From: Thermoplasmatota archaeon | GTDB lineage: Archaea; Thermoplasmatota; JAQUQK01 | Direction: 5' to 3' | Assembly (NCBI GenBank): GCA_028716125.1 | Contig: JAQUQK010000001.1 | Span: 1 to 47,060, forward strand | Length of the DNA: 47,060 nt | Shown here: positions 19,678-27,571 of the stretch, one piece after another | Position numbering within the stretch: position 1 is the first letter of the stretch | How the letters are laid out: each line of letters begins with the position of its first letter | Made by a program: the position numbers and the translations under genes | The notes under the pieces: model-generated | The model's input: the letters and a program-made list of their open reading frames with translations, nothing else | What the model was told of the DNA's origin: nothing | Database searches by the model: none

Positions 19678-19758
19678 TTAAGGCTGACGAGATGATTTTG
19701 CGGCATCGATGCGCCCGAGATTTATAGAAAAAATGATGGCCCGGCATAGTTCAAGAAC

Positions 19759-19783
19759 ATTTTTATAAGGCCATAAAATACAA
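19759..19783 (+). promoter_or_regulatory. TATA box plus conserved downstream element (ATTTTTATAAGGCCATAAAATACAA)
   Basis: About 31 nt upstream of ATG 19796. Shares TTATAA-N4-(C/T)A(T/C)AAAATAC with the promoters at 20523 and 21243. Confidence 0.5.
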
Positions 19784-19795
19784 GGCCGGATTTCA

Positions 19796-20476
19796 ATGAA
19801 GGCAGCAATAATATCTCTAATGGTGGCAGGACTGCTACTCACCGGCATATTCGCCGGATGCGTGGGCGGCAATGAGAAGGTCAACAAGGCGGCAACGGCT
19901 TGCAAGTGCGGAAGCGCGTGCCCGAAAGGCGGCAACTGCACCGGAAACTGCATGTGCAATGAAACTGCAGTGGACTTCTCGACAATCATGAAGCAGGCGC
20001 CGACGGATGTGAAGGACGGCGTAGCGCATTGGAAGTTCACCGAAGGCATGGCATTCTATTTCCAGTATGACGTCGCACAGCCGACTGGCGCTTCCACCCA
20101 CATCAAGTACGACATGAACCTGCCGGAAGGAGTAAAGGCGCTTGAAGTCCTGGTGGACTGGGAATCCCAGTTCATGGACCTCGACCTGTTCCTGTTGAAG
20201 AAGGGCAAGGACATTGGCGTATCATCGGCGCACATAATGATGATGGATCCTACCGGCGCAGCACTTGGCGACCAGGGAACAACATGGGAATACATCAACC
20301 TAGTCGCGAACAAGACCAAGAAATTCTCGCTTCCGGAAACATACACAATAGACATCGACGAGTTCAACAACTGGGACCCGCAGTCGCAGGCGGCCCCGAC
20401 CCCGTTCACGGTTGACGTCTGGGTTTACACAGAGGCGCCTGCGCAGTGGCACCCGCACCAGGACGAAGGGCAGTAA
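19796..20476 (+). CDS. lipoprotein with PPC-like (pre-peptidase C-terminal type) jelly-roll domain and a Cys-rich insert; paralog A
   Basis: 226 aa. Lipobox GIFAGC-VG. Cys cluster CKCGSACPKGGNCTGNCMC. Conserved VDFSTIMKQAPTDVKDGVAHW, LVDWESQFMDLDLFL and a C-terminal WHPHQDEGQ. Confidence 0.7.
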   Translation: MKAAIISLMVAGLLLTGIFAGCVGGNEKVNKAATACKCGSACPKGGNCTGNCMCNETAVDFSTIMKQAPTDVKDGVAHWKFTEGMAFYFQYDVAQPTGASTHIKYDMNLPEGVKALEVLVDWESQFMDLDLFLLKKGKDIGVSSAHIMMMDPTGAALGDQGTTWEYINLVANKTKKFSLPETYTIDIDEFNNWDPQSQAAPTPFTVDVWVYTEAPAQWHPHQDEGQ

Positions 20477-20522
20477 TTTTTCATCTATTTTCTATCTTTC
20501 ATTTTTACCCTAGTTTTACAGC

Positions 20523-20547
20523 AAAAATTATAAACTTATAAAATACT
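20523..20547 (+). promoter_or_regulatory. TATA box plus conserved element (AAAAATTATAAACTTATAAAATACT)
   Basis: About 33 nt upstream of ATG 20563. Near-identical to 21243-21267. Confidence 0.5.
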
Positions 20548-20562
20548 ACATCCCCCGATACC

Positions 20563-21201
20563 ATGAAGGCAGTATTTGCGGTATTGGCAGTAGGCTTGAT
20601 GGTTGCAGCCGCTTTTGGCGGATGCATTGGAGGAAAGGCGCCCGTAAAAGAGCAGTCCATTCCAACGGAAGAGGGAAACAAAACAGTGGACTTTTCGACA
20701 ATAATGAAGCAGGCGCCGACCGATGTGACAGACGGCGTTGCGCATTGGAGGATCGATGGCGCTGCGGCTTTCCAGTTCAATTACGACCAGACTGGCGCCC
20801 TTCCGCCGGCAACACTTGAGCAGTTCACCTACGACCTGAAGCTGCCAAATGGCACAGTGGCAATTGAAGTCTTATGCGACTGGGAATCCGCAAACATGGA
20901 TTTGGACATGTATTTCCTTAAGGGTGGGAAGGATACGGGCTTATGCCAGCCGAACTACATGGTAAATGACCCGATGGTTGTGGCGCTTGGCGATCAGGGC
21001 GCAACATGGGAATACTTCAACGCAATCCAGAACAAGACCAAGAAGTTCTCAATCCCAACGGATTATCAGATACGCGTAGACGTCTTCAACAACTGGGAGC
21101 CCACGGCGGCCGCAGGAACTCCCACTCCATTCACGTTGGATGTCTGGGTTTACACTGCAGCTCCGGAAAAGTGGCACCCGCATCAGGAACTCGGGCAGTA
21201 A
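20563..21201 (+). CDS. lipoprotein with PPC-like jelly-roll domain; paralog B
   Basis: 212 aa. Lipobox AAFGGC-IG. Collinear with paralog A (VDFSTIMKQAPTDVTDGVAHW, LCDWESANMDLDMYFL, WHPHQELGQ) but lacks the Cys cluster. Confidence 0.7.
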   Translation: MKAVFAVLAVGLMVAAAFGGCIGGKAPVKEQSIPTEEGNKTVDFSTIMKQAPTDVTDGVAHWRIDGAAAFQFNYDQTGALPPATLEQFTYDLKLPNGTVAIEVLCDWESANMDLDMYFLKGGKDTGLCQPNYMVNDPMVVALGDQGATWEYFNAIQNKTKKFSIPTDYQIRVDVFNNWEPTAAAGTPTPFTLDVWVYTAAPEKWHPHQELGQ

Positions 21202-21242
21202 TCCAATTTCCATCTTTTTCGCTTTTTAATTTTAGGCACAGA

Positions 21243-21267
21243 TATTTTTATAAACCTACAAAATACT
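21243..21267 (+). promoter_or_regulatory. TATA box plus conserved element (TATTTTTATAAACCTACAAAATACT)
   Basis: About 32 nt upstream of ATG 21282. Confidence 0.5.
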
Positions 21268-21281
21268 TGCATATCGATTCC

Positions 21282-22160
21282 ATGAGAAAGGAATTTGCAA
21301 TTTTAGCAATAGGCCTGATGCTGGCGGCAGCATTCAGCGGATGCATTGGAGGAGAGAAGGCAAGCAGCGTCGGTGCTGTGAAGGTCGAAGGGAAGAACGT
21401 CACGATAGGGAGTATTCCAGTAAAGATCGTGGGAAAGAACTCTACTGGCATAGTTTTTGAAGATGTTATAATAGACGCAATCTCAGAAAAAATAACTGCT
21501 GACAACCGCGACAAGCCGGAGGCGCGGCAGAAAACTCTTCCCGAGTTCACGTTTGCAATCAACATCAGCAAGCCTGAATCAATATCAAAATGCGAATGGA
21601 ACTTCGGCGACGGGCAAACTGGCACGGGGCTTGAGGCAAAATGCACTTTCAATACTCCTGGCCAATATCTCGTGAAGGCTAACATAACCGCCGGCGGGAT
21701 GACGTTCGAGATGAACATAACTGCAGCAGTAAATTATCATGCAAGCGGCCAGGACAGCGTTTCGGGCGTTCCGTGCCTTGATCAGACAAAGACAGTCGGC
21801 GATGAGTATTGGGATTACTTGTTCCATGTTGCGGTGGGAGCAAAGAAAGTGATACTTCGAACCTTGGGCGATCCCTCGGCCACGTCCCCTATCCCGACAG
21901 TGCCAACGCCTGTCGCAACAGTAGGCGGTAACGATATAGAATTAGGATTATATTCGCCCAAGGGCGCATTCATCGCGGAATCGGACTCGGGAAACCCAGG
22001 AACGGATGAAAAAGTAGAAGTGAAGAAAGTCAAGGAAGCCGGCAATTATGATGCAAAGATAGGCTGCTACGACCTCAATCCGACCGGCGCGCATGCCCAC
22101 ACTTTCACCAACACAGGATCGGTAGCATACTTCTTTTTCATAGACGTAATGTACGTCTAA
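21282..22160 (+). CDS. lipoprotein with PKD domain and C-terminal PPC-like domain; paralog C
   Basis: Start moved to ATG 21282 (MRKEFAILAIGLMLAAAFSGC-IG). The tracked 21006 start overlaps paralog B. PKD motif CEWNFGDGQTGTG...FNTPGQYLVKANI. C-terminal GGNDIELGLYSPKG...AGNYDAKIGCY. Confidence 0.7.
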   Translation: MRKEFAILAIGLMLAAAFSGCIGGEKASSVGAVKVEGKNVTIGSIPVKIVGKNSTGIVFEDVIIDAISEKITADNRDKPEARQKTLPEFTFAINISKPESISKCEWNFGDGQTGTGLEAKCTFNTPGQYLVKANITAGGMTFEMNITAAVNYHASGQDSVSGVPCLDQTKTVGDEYWDYLFHVAVGAKKVILRTLGDPSATSPIPTVPTPVATVGGNDIELGLYSPKGAFIAESDSGNPGTDEKVEVKKVKEAGNYDAKIGCYDLNPTGAHAHTFTNTGSVAYFFFIDVMYV

Positions 22161-22202
22161 CCTCTTCCCTTTCATTTTTCAATTTTTAAATGAGGCAAAT
22201 TT

Positions 22203-23216
22203 CTAGAAGAAATCGAGCCGTTTTTGCTTCGGCGCAAGCGCTTTTTCTAGCTTCTCAATCGCCCCGCCAACGCGCTCCCGCGAAAATTCAAACTCGCCGC
22301 AGACGATGGAGATTATGCGCTCCCGATCGGGCTTGCCGAAAACTATTGAATACTCATCGGTCACATTGGGCTTCAGGAAAATTTCCTGTATTTCCGCATA
22401 TCCCGTTTCGGGCTGGCTTATCGCTTTCAATATACTTCCCAAATCGGGATGTTCTTTTACTAGCTTGAGCGCCTTTTTCGGGCCGATGCCGTAAATGCCT
22501 TCGTTGAAATCAGTTCCGACAAGGTAGCCCATGTCCACAAGACGCTCCCGCGTGACGCCAAGCGAAGAAAGAGTTTCTTCCAGTTCTATTATTTCCGGTT
22601 CGATGTCAACGTATGTATTCTTGCGCGGAAGCTTGCGCCTGCCAGTGATTGCAAGGTTGCGGATGAGCCGGGGCGCGCCGAAAAGAAGAGCGTCAAAATC
22701 CTGGGACGCGCAAGCATAAACGTCGCCCTTTCTTGCCATGTGGCTCGCCTGCGCTTCCCCTTCGGAAGGCGCCTGCACGAATGGCAAACCCATCGCCGAA
22801 AGAAGGGTTTTGGCCTGCTCGACCATTTCCTTTGTGAGGCGCGACGTCTGCATCGCCTTGCTTCTTGCGGCTTCAACGTCGCCGCGCTCGAGTGCTTCCT
22901 TCCAATCTTTTTCCGCTTCCACTTTCCTATCGGAGCGCTCCTTTATCGTGGATCGCTTGAGTTCGTGCGGCTTTCCATCGAATACGAAAACGGGTTTTAT
23001 GCCGGCTTCCAGAAGGCTTGATGTGCGGTATATCAAACCAGAAATGTGGGAAGTAACACGTCCCTTAGAATCCATTAGGGGAGTGCCGTCGGGCTGGCGG
23101 ATTATAGAGAGAAACTGGTATATTGTGTTGTATGCGTCAACTGCGATTGTCCTGCCGGAAATGTCTTTTAATGAAATCGTGCGCGCGGGAATTATGCCGC
23201 CGAGGTCTACTCCCAT
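22203..23216 (-). CDS. fen: flap endonuclease 1
   Basis: 337 aa. MGVDLG...IAVDAYNTIYQFLSIIRQPDGTPLMDSKGRVTSHISG...KPVFVFDG, with a C-terminal PIP-like KQKRLDFF. Confidence 0.92.
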   Translation of the reverse strand: MGVDLGGIIPARTISLKDISGRTIAVDAYNTIYQFLSIIRQPDGTPLMDSKGRVTSHISGLIYRTSSLLEAGIKPVFVFDGKPHELKRSTIKERSDRKVEAEKDWKEALERGDVEAARSKAMQTSRLTKEMVEQAKTLLSAMGLPFVQAPSEGEAQASHMARKGDVYACASQDFDALLFGAPRLIRNLAITGRRKLPRKNTYVDIEPEIIELEETLSSLGVTRERLVDMGYLVGTDFNEGIYGIGPKKALKLVKEHPDLGSILKAISQPETGYAEIQEIFLKPNVTDEYSIVFGKPDRERIISIVCGEFEFSRERVGGAIEKLEKALAPKQKRLDFF

Positions 23217-23300
23217 TTTATCCGCGATAAATCGGAGGCGCGATTATAAAATTAGAGGCAAAAAAATAATTGAAACGACAATTGAAAAATGGAAGGCAGG

Positions 23301-24254
23301 TTATGCCTTCTCTATCTCGACGTCCTTGCGGTGCTTCCTTATGAATTCCGTGTATTCTCCAAGGGTTGGCGAGCTTTGCGCGCCTTCGCGCTGGATTTTG
23401 AGCGCCGCAACTGCGGTTGCCTGTATTACCGAATTCTTGACGTCCATTCCGTTGATTATTCCTGTCACGAATCCGCCTGCGAACGCATCGCCTGCGCCGA
23501 GCGTGTCAACTACATCCACTTTGAATGACTTGATCTTGAATGCTTCGCTTGGGGTGCGAACGTACGTCGGGTCCTTGCCTGACTTTATAACATATGTGAT
23601 TTTCTTCTTTATTCCTTTCTCGAGTATATCTACTATTTCCTCAACATCCTTGTCGTCGGTGGTTTCAGCAAGCTGGGCAGCTTCCTTCTTGTTTATGAGT
23701 ATGTAATCCGTGTTGTTGAGGATGTGCATTAGCTTGTGGTAGCCACGGGACGATATTGACCTTCCGGGGTCGAATGAAACTTTGACGCCGGCTTCCACCG
23801 CAAGCTTGGAGGCGCGCTCGAGGCATTCAAGGTCCGTGCCCGTCATGTGGAGCATCGTGGAGCATTCTATGAATTCCTTTCTCACGTCATGCTTCATAAG
23901 AGCAGAGTTTGCGCCGAGCATTTCCATTATTTCGACTTCGCCTTCCACATTCACCGCGATTATGGATACGCCGGTGGATTCCCCATATGCGATCTTGACG
24001 TGCGTCGGGTCTACGCCTTCTGAGATGAAATTGTCGATGAGATATTTGCCGTAGTCGTCAAAGCCGATTGCGCCGCACATCGCCGAATTTATGCCGAGGC
24101 GCGATGCCGCGACTGCGACGTTGCACGCCGAGCCGCCTGCGCTGTACTTTATCCTGCCATTAGTAAAAGAAGTCCTGTCCGGCTTTGGAAATTCGTGCAG
24201 ATAGCATCTTACGTCGTAAAGTATGTGCCCAATCGTGGCAAGCTGGTGCGTCAT
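23301..24254 (-). CDS. PfkB/ribokinase-family sugar (or nucleoside) kinase
   Basis: 317 aa. GGSACNVAVAASRLG and the anion-hole motif DTLGAGDAFAGGFVTG. Substrate not assignable. Confidence 0.85.
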   Translation of the reverse strand: MTHQLATIGHILYDVRCYLHEFPKPDRTSFTNGRIKYSAGGSACNVAVAASRLGINSAMCGAIGFDDYGKYLIDNFISEGVDPTHVKIAYGESTGVSIIAVNVEGEVEIMEMLGANSALMKHDVRKEFIECSTMLHMTGTDLECLERASKLAVEAGVKVSFDPGRSISSRGYHKLMHILNNTDYILINKKEAAQLAETTDDKDVEEIVDILEKGIKKKITYVIKSGKDPTYVRTPSEAFKIKSFKVDVVDTLGAGDAFAGGFVTGIINGMDVKNSVIQATAVAALKIQREGAQSSPTLGEYTEFIRKHRKDVEIEKA

Positions 24255-24267
24255 TTCATCAAACCCC

Positions 24268-24340
24268 GTTTCAAGTTGATTTCAAAGTGGTTTCAATCAG
24301 ATTTCAATTGATTCCAAGCCGATTTCAACTCGTTTTAACC
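24268..24340. repeat. seven phased copies of nGATTTCAAn with a 10-11 bp period
   Basis: The CAA cores lie at 24272, 24283, 24294, 24305, 24315, 24326 and 24336 (spacings 11, 11, 11, 10, 11, 10). Degenerate extra copies lie at 24253-24260 and 24371-24378. The array sits in the divergent pfkB/por intergenic region. Confidence 0.8.
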
Positions 24341-24460
24341 CCTTCGGTGTATCGCCAATTTCTTTAAAACGATTTCATGAACATGGCGGCAGAAGATACT
24401 GACCAGGGGCAGACCAGAGCACCCATCCAGGCATAATTTCCAGCACCCCATCACTCAACA

Positions 24461-24472
24461 ACATTTATAGGA
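24461..24472 (+). promoter_or_regulatory. TATA box of the por operon (ACATTTATAGGA)
   Basis: The predicted TSS is near 24493. That favours ATG 24503 over the tracked TTG 24488. Confidence 0.45.
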
Positions 24473-24502
24473 TTTTACCGTATTCGGTTGCTCGGTCATT
24501 TT

Positions 24503-25066
24503 ATGTATGAAGTTCGCTTTCACGGAAGAGGCGGACAGGGCGCTGTGACGGCTGCCGAGATATTGGCGGTCGCGGCCTTCAGCGAAGGCAAATACACGCA
24601 GTCGTTCCCTGTGTTCGGTGTTGAGAGAAGAGGAGCGCCGGTTGCGGCGTTTTTGCGCATGGACGACAAGGCGATAAGGGCGAGATACCAGATTTACGAG
24701 CCCGACGCGGTCATTGTCCTTGACCCCAGCCTGATATCTGTAGTTGACGTTTCTGCTGGAGTAAAGAGCGACGGCGTAATAATCATCAACACCACCAAGC
24801 ATCCGTCGGACTTCAACTTTGACAGCAAGAAAGTCGTCACCGTTGATGCGACAGGAATTGCGCTCAAGAACAAGCTCGGCTCTGCCACAAACCCGATTGT
24901 CAACAGCACCATTCTCGGCGCATATGCCAAGGTCATGGAAATCATGGGCAAGAAGGGCAAGACCGGAATAAATGCGCTTCTGGATGCAGTCCGCTACAAG
25001 TCCCCCGCAAAGAAGGAAGAGAACGTCGCGGCGACAAAGGAAGCATACGAAACCGCGAAGGTGTGA
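24503..25066 (+). CDS. porG: 2-oxoacid (pyruvate/2-ketoisovalerate):ferredoxin oxidoreductase, gamma subunit
   Basis: MYEVRFHGRGGQGAVTAAEILAVAAFSEGKYTQSFPVFGVERRGAPV. The tracked ORF starts at TTG 24488. Confidence 0.88.
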   Translation: MYEVRFHGRGGQGAVTAAEILAVAAFSEGKYTQSFPVFGVERRGAPVAAFLRMDDKAIRARYQIYEPDAVIVLDPSLISVVDVSAGVKSDGVIIINTTKHPSDFNFDSKKVVTVDATGIALKNKLGSATNPIVNSTILGAYAKVMEIMGKKGKTGINALLDAVRYKSPAKKEENVAATKEAYETAKV

Positions 25067-25087
25067 TTGGAGAAATCAGGTGAGATT

Positions 25088-25366
25088 ATGGTTACCAAAA
25101 TCACGAAAGGATGCGTAATATACAACTCGCCCACTAGCCTTGGGAACAAGACAGGCGGCTGGCGAACGATGAAGCCAGTGGTCGACGAGGAGAAGTGCAA
25201 GAAGTGCAACATCTGCTGGCAGTTCTGCCCCGATTCATCGATAGAACCGGCGGACCGCAAGGCGAACAAGGCAATCAAGATCAACTACGACTACTGCAAG
25301 GGATGCGGCATCTGCGCGGCGGAATGCCCGTTCAAGGCAATCACGATGGTAATGGAGGAGAAGTGA
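25088..25366 (+). CDS. porD: 2-oxoacid:ferredoxin oxidoreductase, delta subunit (2x[4Fe-4S])
   Basis: CKKCNICWQFCP and CKGCGICAAECP. The ATG at 25088 is preceded by GGAGAAATCAGGTGA. The tracked start is TTG 25067. Confidence 0.85.
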   Translation: MVTKITKGCVIYNSPTSLGNKTGGWRTMKPVVDEEKCKKCNICWQFCPDSSIEPADRKANKAIKINYDYCKGCGICAAECPFKAITMVMEEK

Positions 25367-25370
25367 GCAC

Positions 25371-26558
25371 ATGTCAAGAAAGATAGTCAAGGGCGCGGAA
25401 GCGATGGCGATTGCGGGAAAACTCGCAAAGCCCGACGTAGTTCCTGCGTTCCCAATAACACCATCCACCACATTCCCTGAGAAAATGAGCGAATACGTTG
25501 CGTGCGGCGAGCTGCCGAACACCGAGTTCGTTCCAGTGGAATCGGAGCACAGCGCAATGAGCGCTGCGATTGCAGCATCCGCAACAGGAGCGCGCACCTG
25601 CACTGCAACCTCGTCACAGGGTCTTGCCCTGATGCACGAAATGCTCTTCATTGCAGCAGGAATGCGCCTGCCAATAGTCCTCTTCGATGCAAACCGCGCG
25701 CTCTCTGCACCTCTAAATATCTGGGGCGACCAGCAGGACTCAATATCCGAAAGGGATGCGGGCTGGATACACTTCTATGGCGAGAATGCGCAGGAAGGCC
25801 TCGACCTTATGCTCATGGCATTCAGGGTTGCGGAAGACAAGCGCGTCCTTTTGCCCACAATGGTTGGAATTGACGGCTTCGTTCTCACGCACACAAGCGA
25901 ACCGGTTGATGTTCCAGAACAGAAGGCAGTCGATGATTTCCTGCCGCAATACAAGGCGGAGCACTGCTATCTCGATCCGGAAAGGCCGACAACAGTCGGA
26001 GCATTCGCGCCTCCGGAATATTATATGGAAACCCGCTACCAGCTTGACGAAGCAGTCCACTCATCTGGACCTGTGATTGACGAAGTGTTCGCAGACTTCG
26101 AAAAGCGCTTCGGACGCAAATATAGCAAAATAGAATACTATGGCGACAGGGATGCTGAAGTCGTCTTCGTTGCAATTGGCTCGCTTTGCGGAACCCTCAA
26201 GGACTGGATCGACGAGCACCGCGCAAAGGGCCAGAAAGTCGGCCTCGTGCGCATAATCGTCTACAGGCCGTTCCCGTTCAAGGAACTTAAGGCGGCGCTC
26301 GCAAATGCGAAGATTGTGGCCGTGGTTGACAGAAGCATCAGCCTCGGATACGGCGGACCGGTTTTCTCGGAACTCGCAGCAGCATTCGTCAATGATGCAA
26401 AACGCCCGCTCTTCAAGAGTTTCATAATAGGGCTTGGCGGACGCGACATAAAGCTGAACGACTTCGAGAACATATACAACGCCGCTTCGGCTGACCTAAA
26501 GGCCGGAAAGGTCAACGAGAAAATGCATTGGGTGAACATAAACAAGGAGATGTTGTAA
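25371..26558 (+). CDS. porA: 2-oxoacid:ferredoxin oxidoreductase, alpha subunit
   Basis: 395 aa. KGAEAMAIAGKLAKPDVVPAFPITPST...ESEHSAMSA...ATSSQGLALM. Confidence 0.9.
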   Translation: MSRKIVKGAEAMAIAGKLAKPDVVPAFPITPSTTFPEKMSEYVACGELPNTEFVPVESEHSAMSAAIAASATGARTCTATSSQGLALMHEMLFIAAGMRLPIVLFDANRALSAPLNIWGDQQDSISERDAGWIHFYGENAQEGLDLMLMAFRVAEDKRVLLPTMVGIDGFVLTHTSEPVDVPEQKAVDDFLPQYKAEHCYLDPERPTTVGAFAPPEYYMETRYQLDEAVHSSGPVIDEVFADFEKRFGRKYSKIEYYGDRDAEVVFVAIGSLCGTLKDWIDEHRAKGQKVGLVRIIVYRPFPFKELKAALANAKIVAVVDRSISLGYGGPVFSELAAAFVNDAKRPLFKSFIIGLGGRDIKLNDFENIYNAASADLKAGKVNEKMHWVNINKEML

Positions 26559-27458
26559 ATGGCAGATTTGCTTGCACCAGGCCACCGCGGATGCGCGGGA
26601 TGCCCGGCATCGATTTGCGTGCGCCAGGTTCTTGACGCAGCAGGCCCGAACACGATTTGCACAAACGCCACCGGATGCCTGGAAGTCATGACGACCCCTT
26701 ACCCGGAAACGGCATGGAAAGTCCCATGGGCGCATTCGGCATTCGAGAACTCGGCCGCAATGGCTTCCGGAATCGAGGCGGCATACAAAGCATTGAACAG
26801 GCGCAACGGCACGAACAAGAAGCCAAACATCATAGCATTCGCCGGAGACGGCGGAACTTTCGATATCGGACTTCAGGCATTGTCTGGCGCTCTCGAGCGC
26901 GGGCACCGCATGCTCTTCGTATGCTACGACAACGAGGCATACATGAATACGGGCATACAGCGCTGCTCGTCAAGCCCGATTGGCGCATGGACGACCACGA
27001 GCCCCGAAGGCTCGTGCAGCTCTGGAAAGACCCAGCGCAAGAAGCCGATTGCAATGATTGCTGCGGCGCACGACATTCCGTACGTTGCAACAGCGTGCAT
27101 ATCATACCCGCAGGACCTGAAAGCAAAGGTAAAGAAGGCGCTATCCTTCGACGGCCCGTCCTTCCTGCACGTATTCGCGCCCTGCCCGACTGGCTGGAGA
27201 TTCCCAAGCGAAAAGACGATTGCAATGGGAAAACTTGCGGTTGAAACCGGTGTATTCGTGCTATATGAAATGACTGATGCTGAGCCGATGAAGCCAATAG
27301 TCACCGTAAAGCCAAAAGAATTCCGCCCTGTCGAAGAATACCTGCAGGCGCAGGGACGCTTCGCCCACCTCTTCAAGCCCAAGCGCGACGAAGTGACCTT
27401 GAAGCGCATCCAGGAAGACGTGGACAGGAAGCTCAAGTGGGTTGGACTGAAACCATAA
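26559..27458 (+). CDS. porB: 2-oxoacid:ferredoxin oxidoreductase, beta subunit (TPP-binding)
   Basis: 299 aa. GHRGCAGCP...GDGGTFDIGLQALSGALERGH...YDNEAYMNTG. The start directly abuts the porA stop. Confidence 0.9.
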   Translation: MADLLAPGHRGCAGCPASICVRQVLDAAGPNTICTNATGCLEVMTTPYPETAWKVPWAHSAFENSAAMASGIEAAYKALNRRNGTNKKPNIIAFAGDGGTFDIGLQALSGALERGHRMLFVCYDNEAYMNTGIQRCSSSPIGAWTTTSPEGSCSSGKTQRKKPIAMIAAAHDIPYVATACISYPQDLKAKVKKALSFDGPSFLHVFAPCPTGWRFPSEKTIAMGKLAVETGVFVLYEMTDAEPMKPIVTVKPKEFRPVEEYLQAQGRFAHLFKPKRDEVTLKRIQEDVDRKLKWVGLKP

Positions 27459-27466
27459 TTGGCCAA

Positions 27467-27506
27467 CTTTCTTTTTTATTTTCCTCCCATTTTTTACAAC
27501 TTTTTG
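27467..27506 (+). terminator. oligo-T terminator cluster after the por operon
   Basis: CTTTCTTTTTTATTTTCCTCCCATTTTTTACAACTTTTT begins 9 nt after the porB stop. Confidence 0.55.
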
Positions 27507-27571
27507 GGTAAATTCGGGACCAATTTGGAAAAAACCCTTTAATTACAATAACAATTCCACCCGCGATCACA

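Noticed and set aside
21006-21281. N-terminal extensions of tracked ORFs (21006, 29475, 30724, 10853-10966)
   Set aside because: The extensions overlap the preceding genes and precede obvious signal peptides or canonical N-termini. Internal ATGs sit at the correct distance from TATA boxes.
24268-24340. CRISPR array
   Set aside because: The repeat unit is only about 11 bp, there are no spacers, and no cas genes are nearby. It is a phased short-motif array, not a CRISPR array.
24185-24367. 60-aa plus-strand ORF across the pfkB/por spacer
   Set aside because: Its repetitive peptide (FQVDFKVVSIRFQLIPSRFQL) only reflects the 11-bp DNA repeat. It also overlaps the pfkB start.
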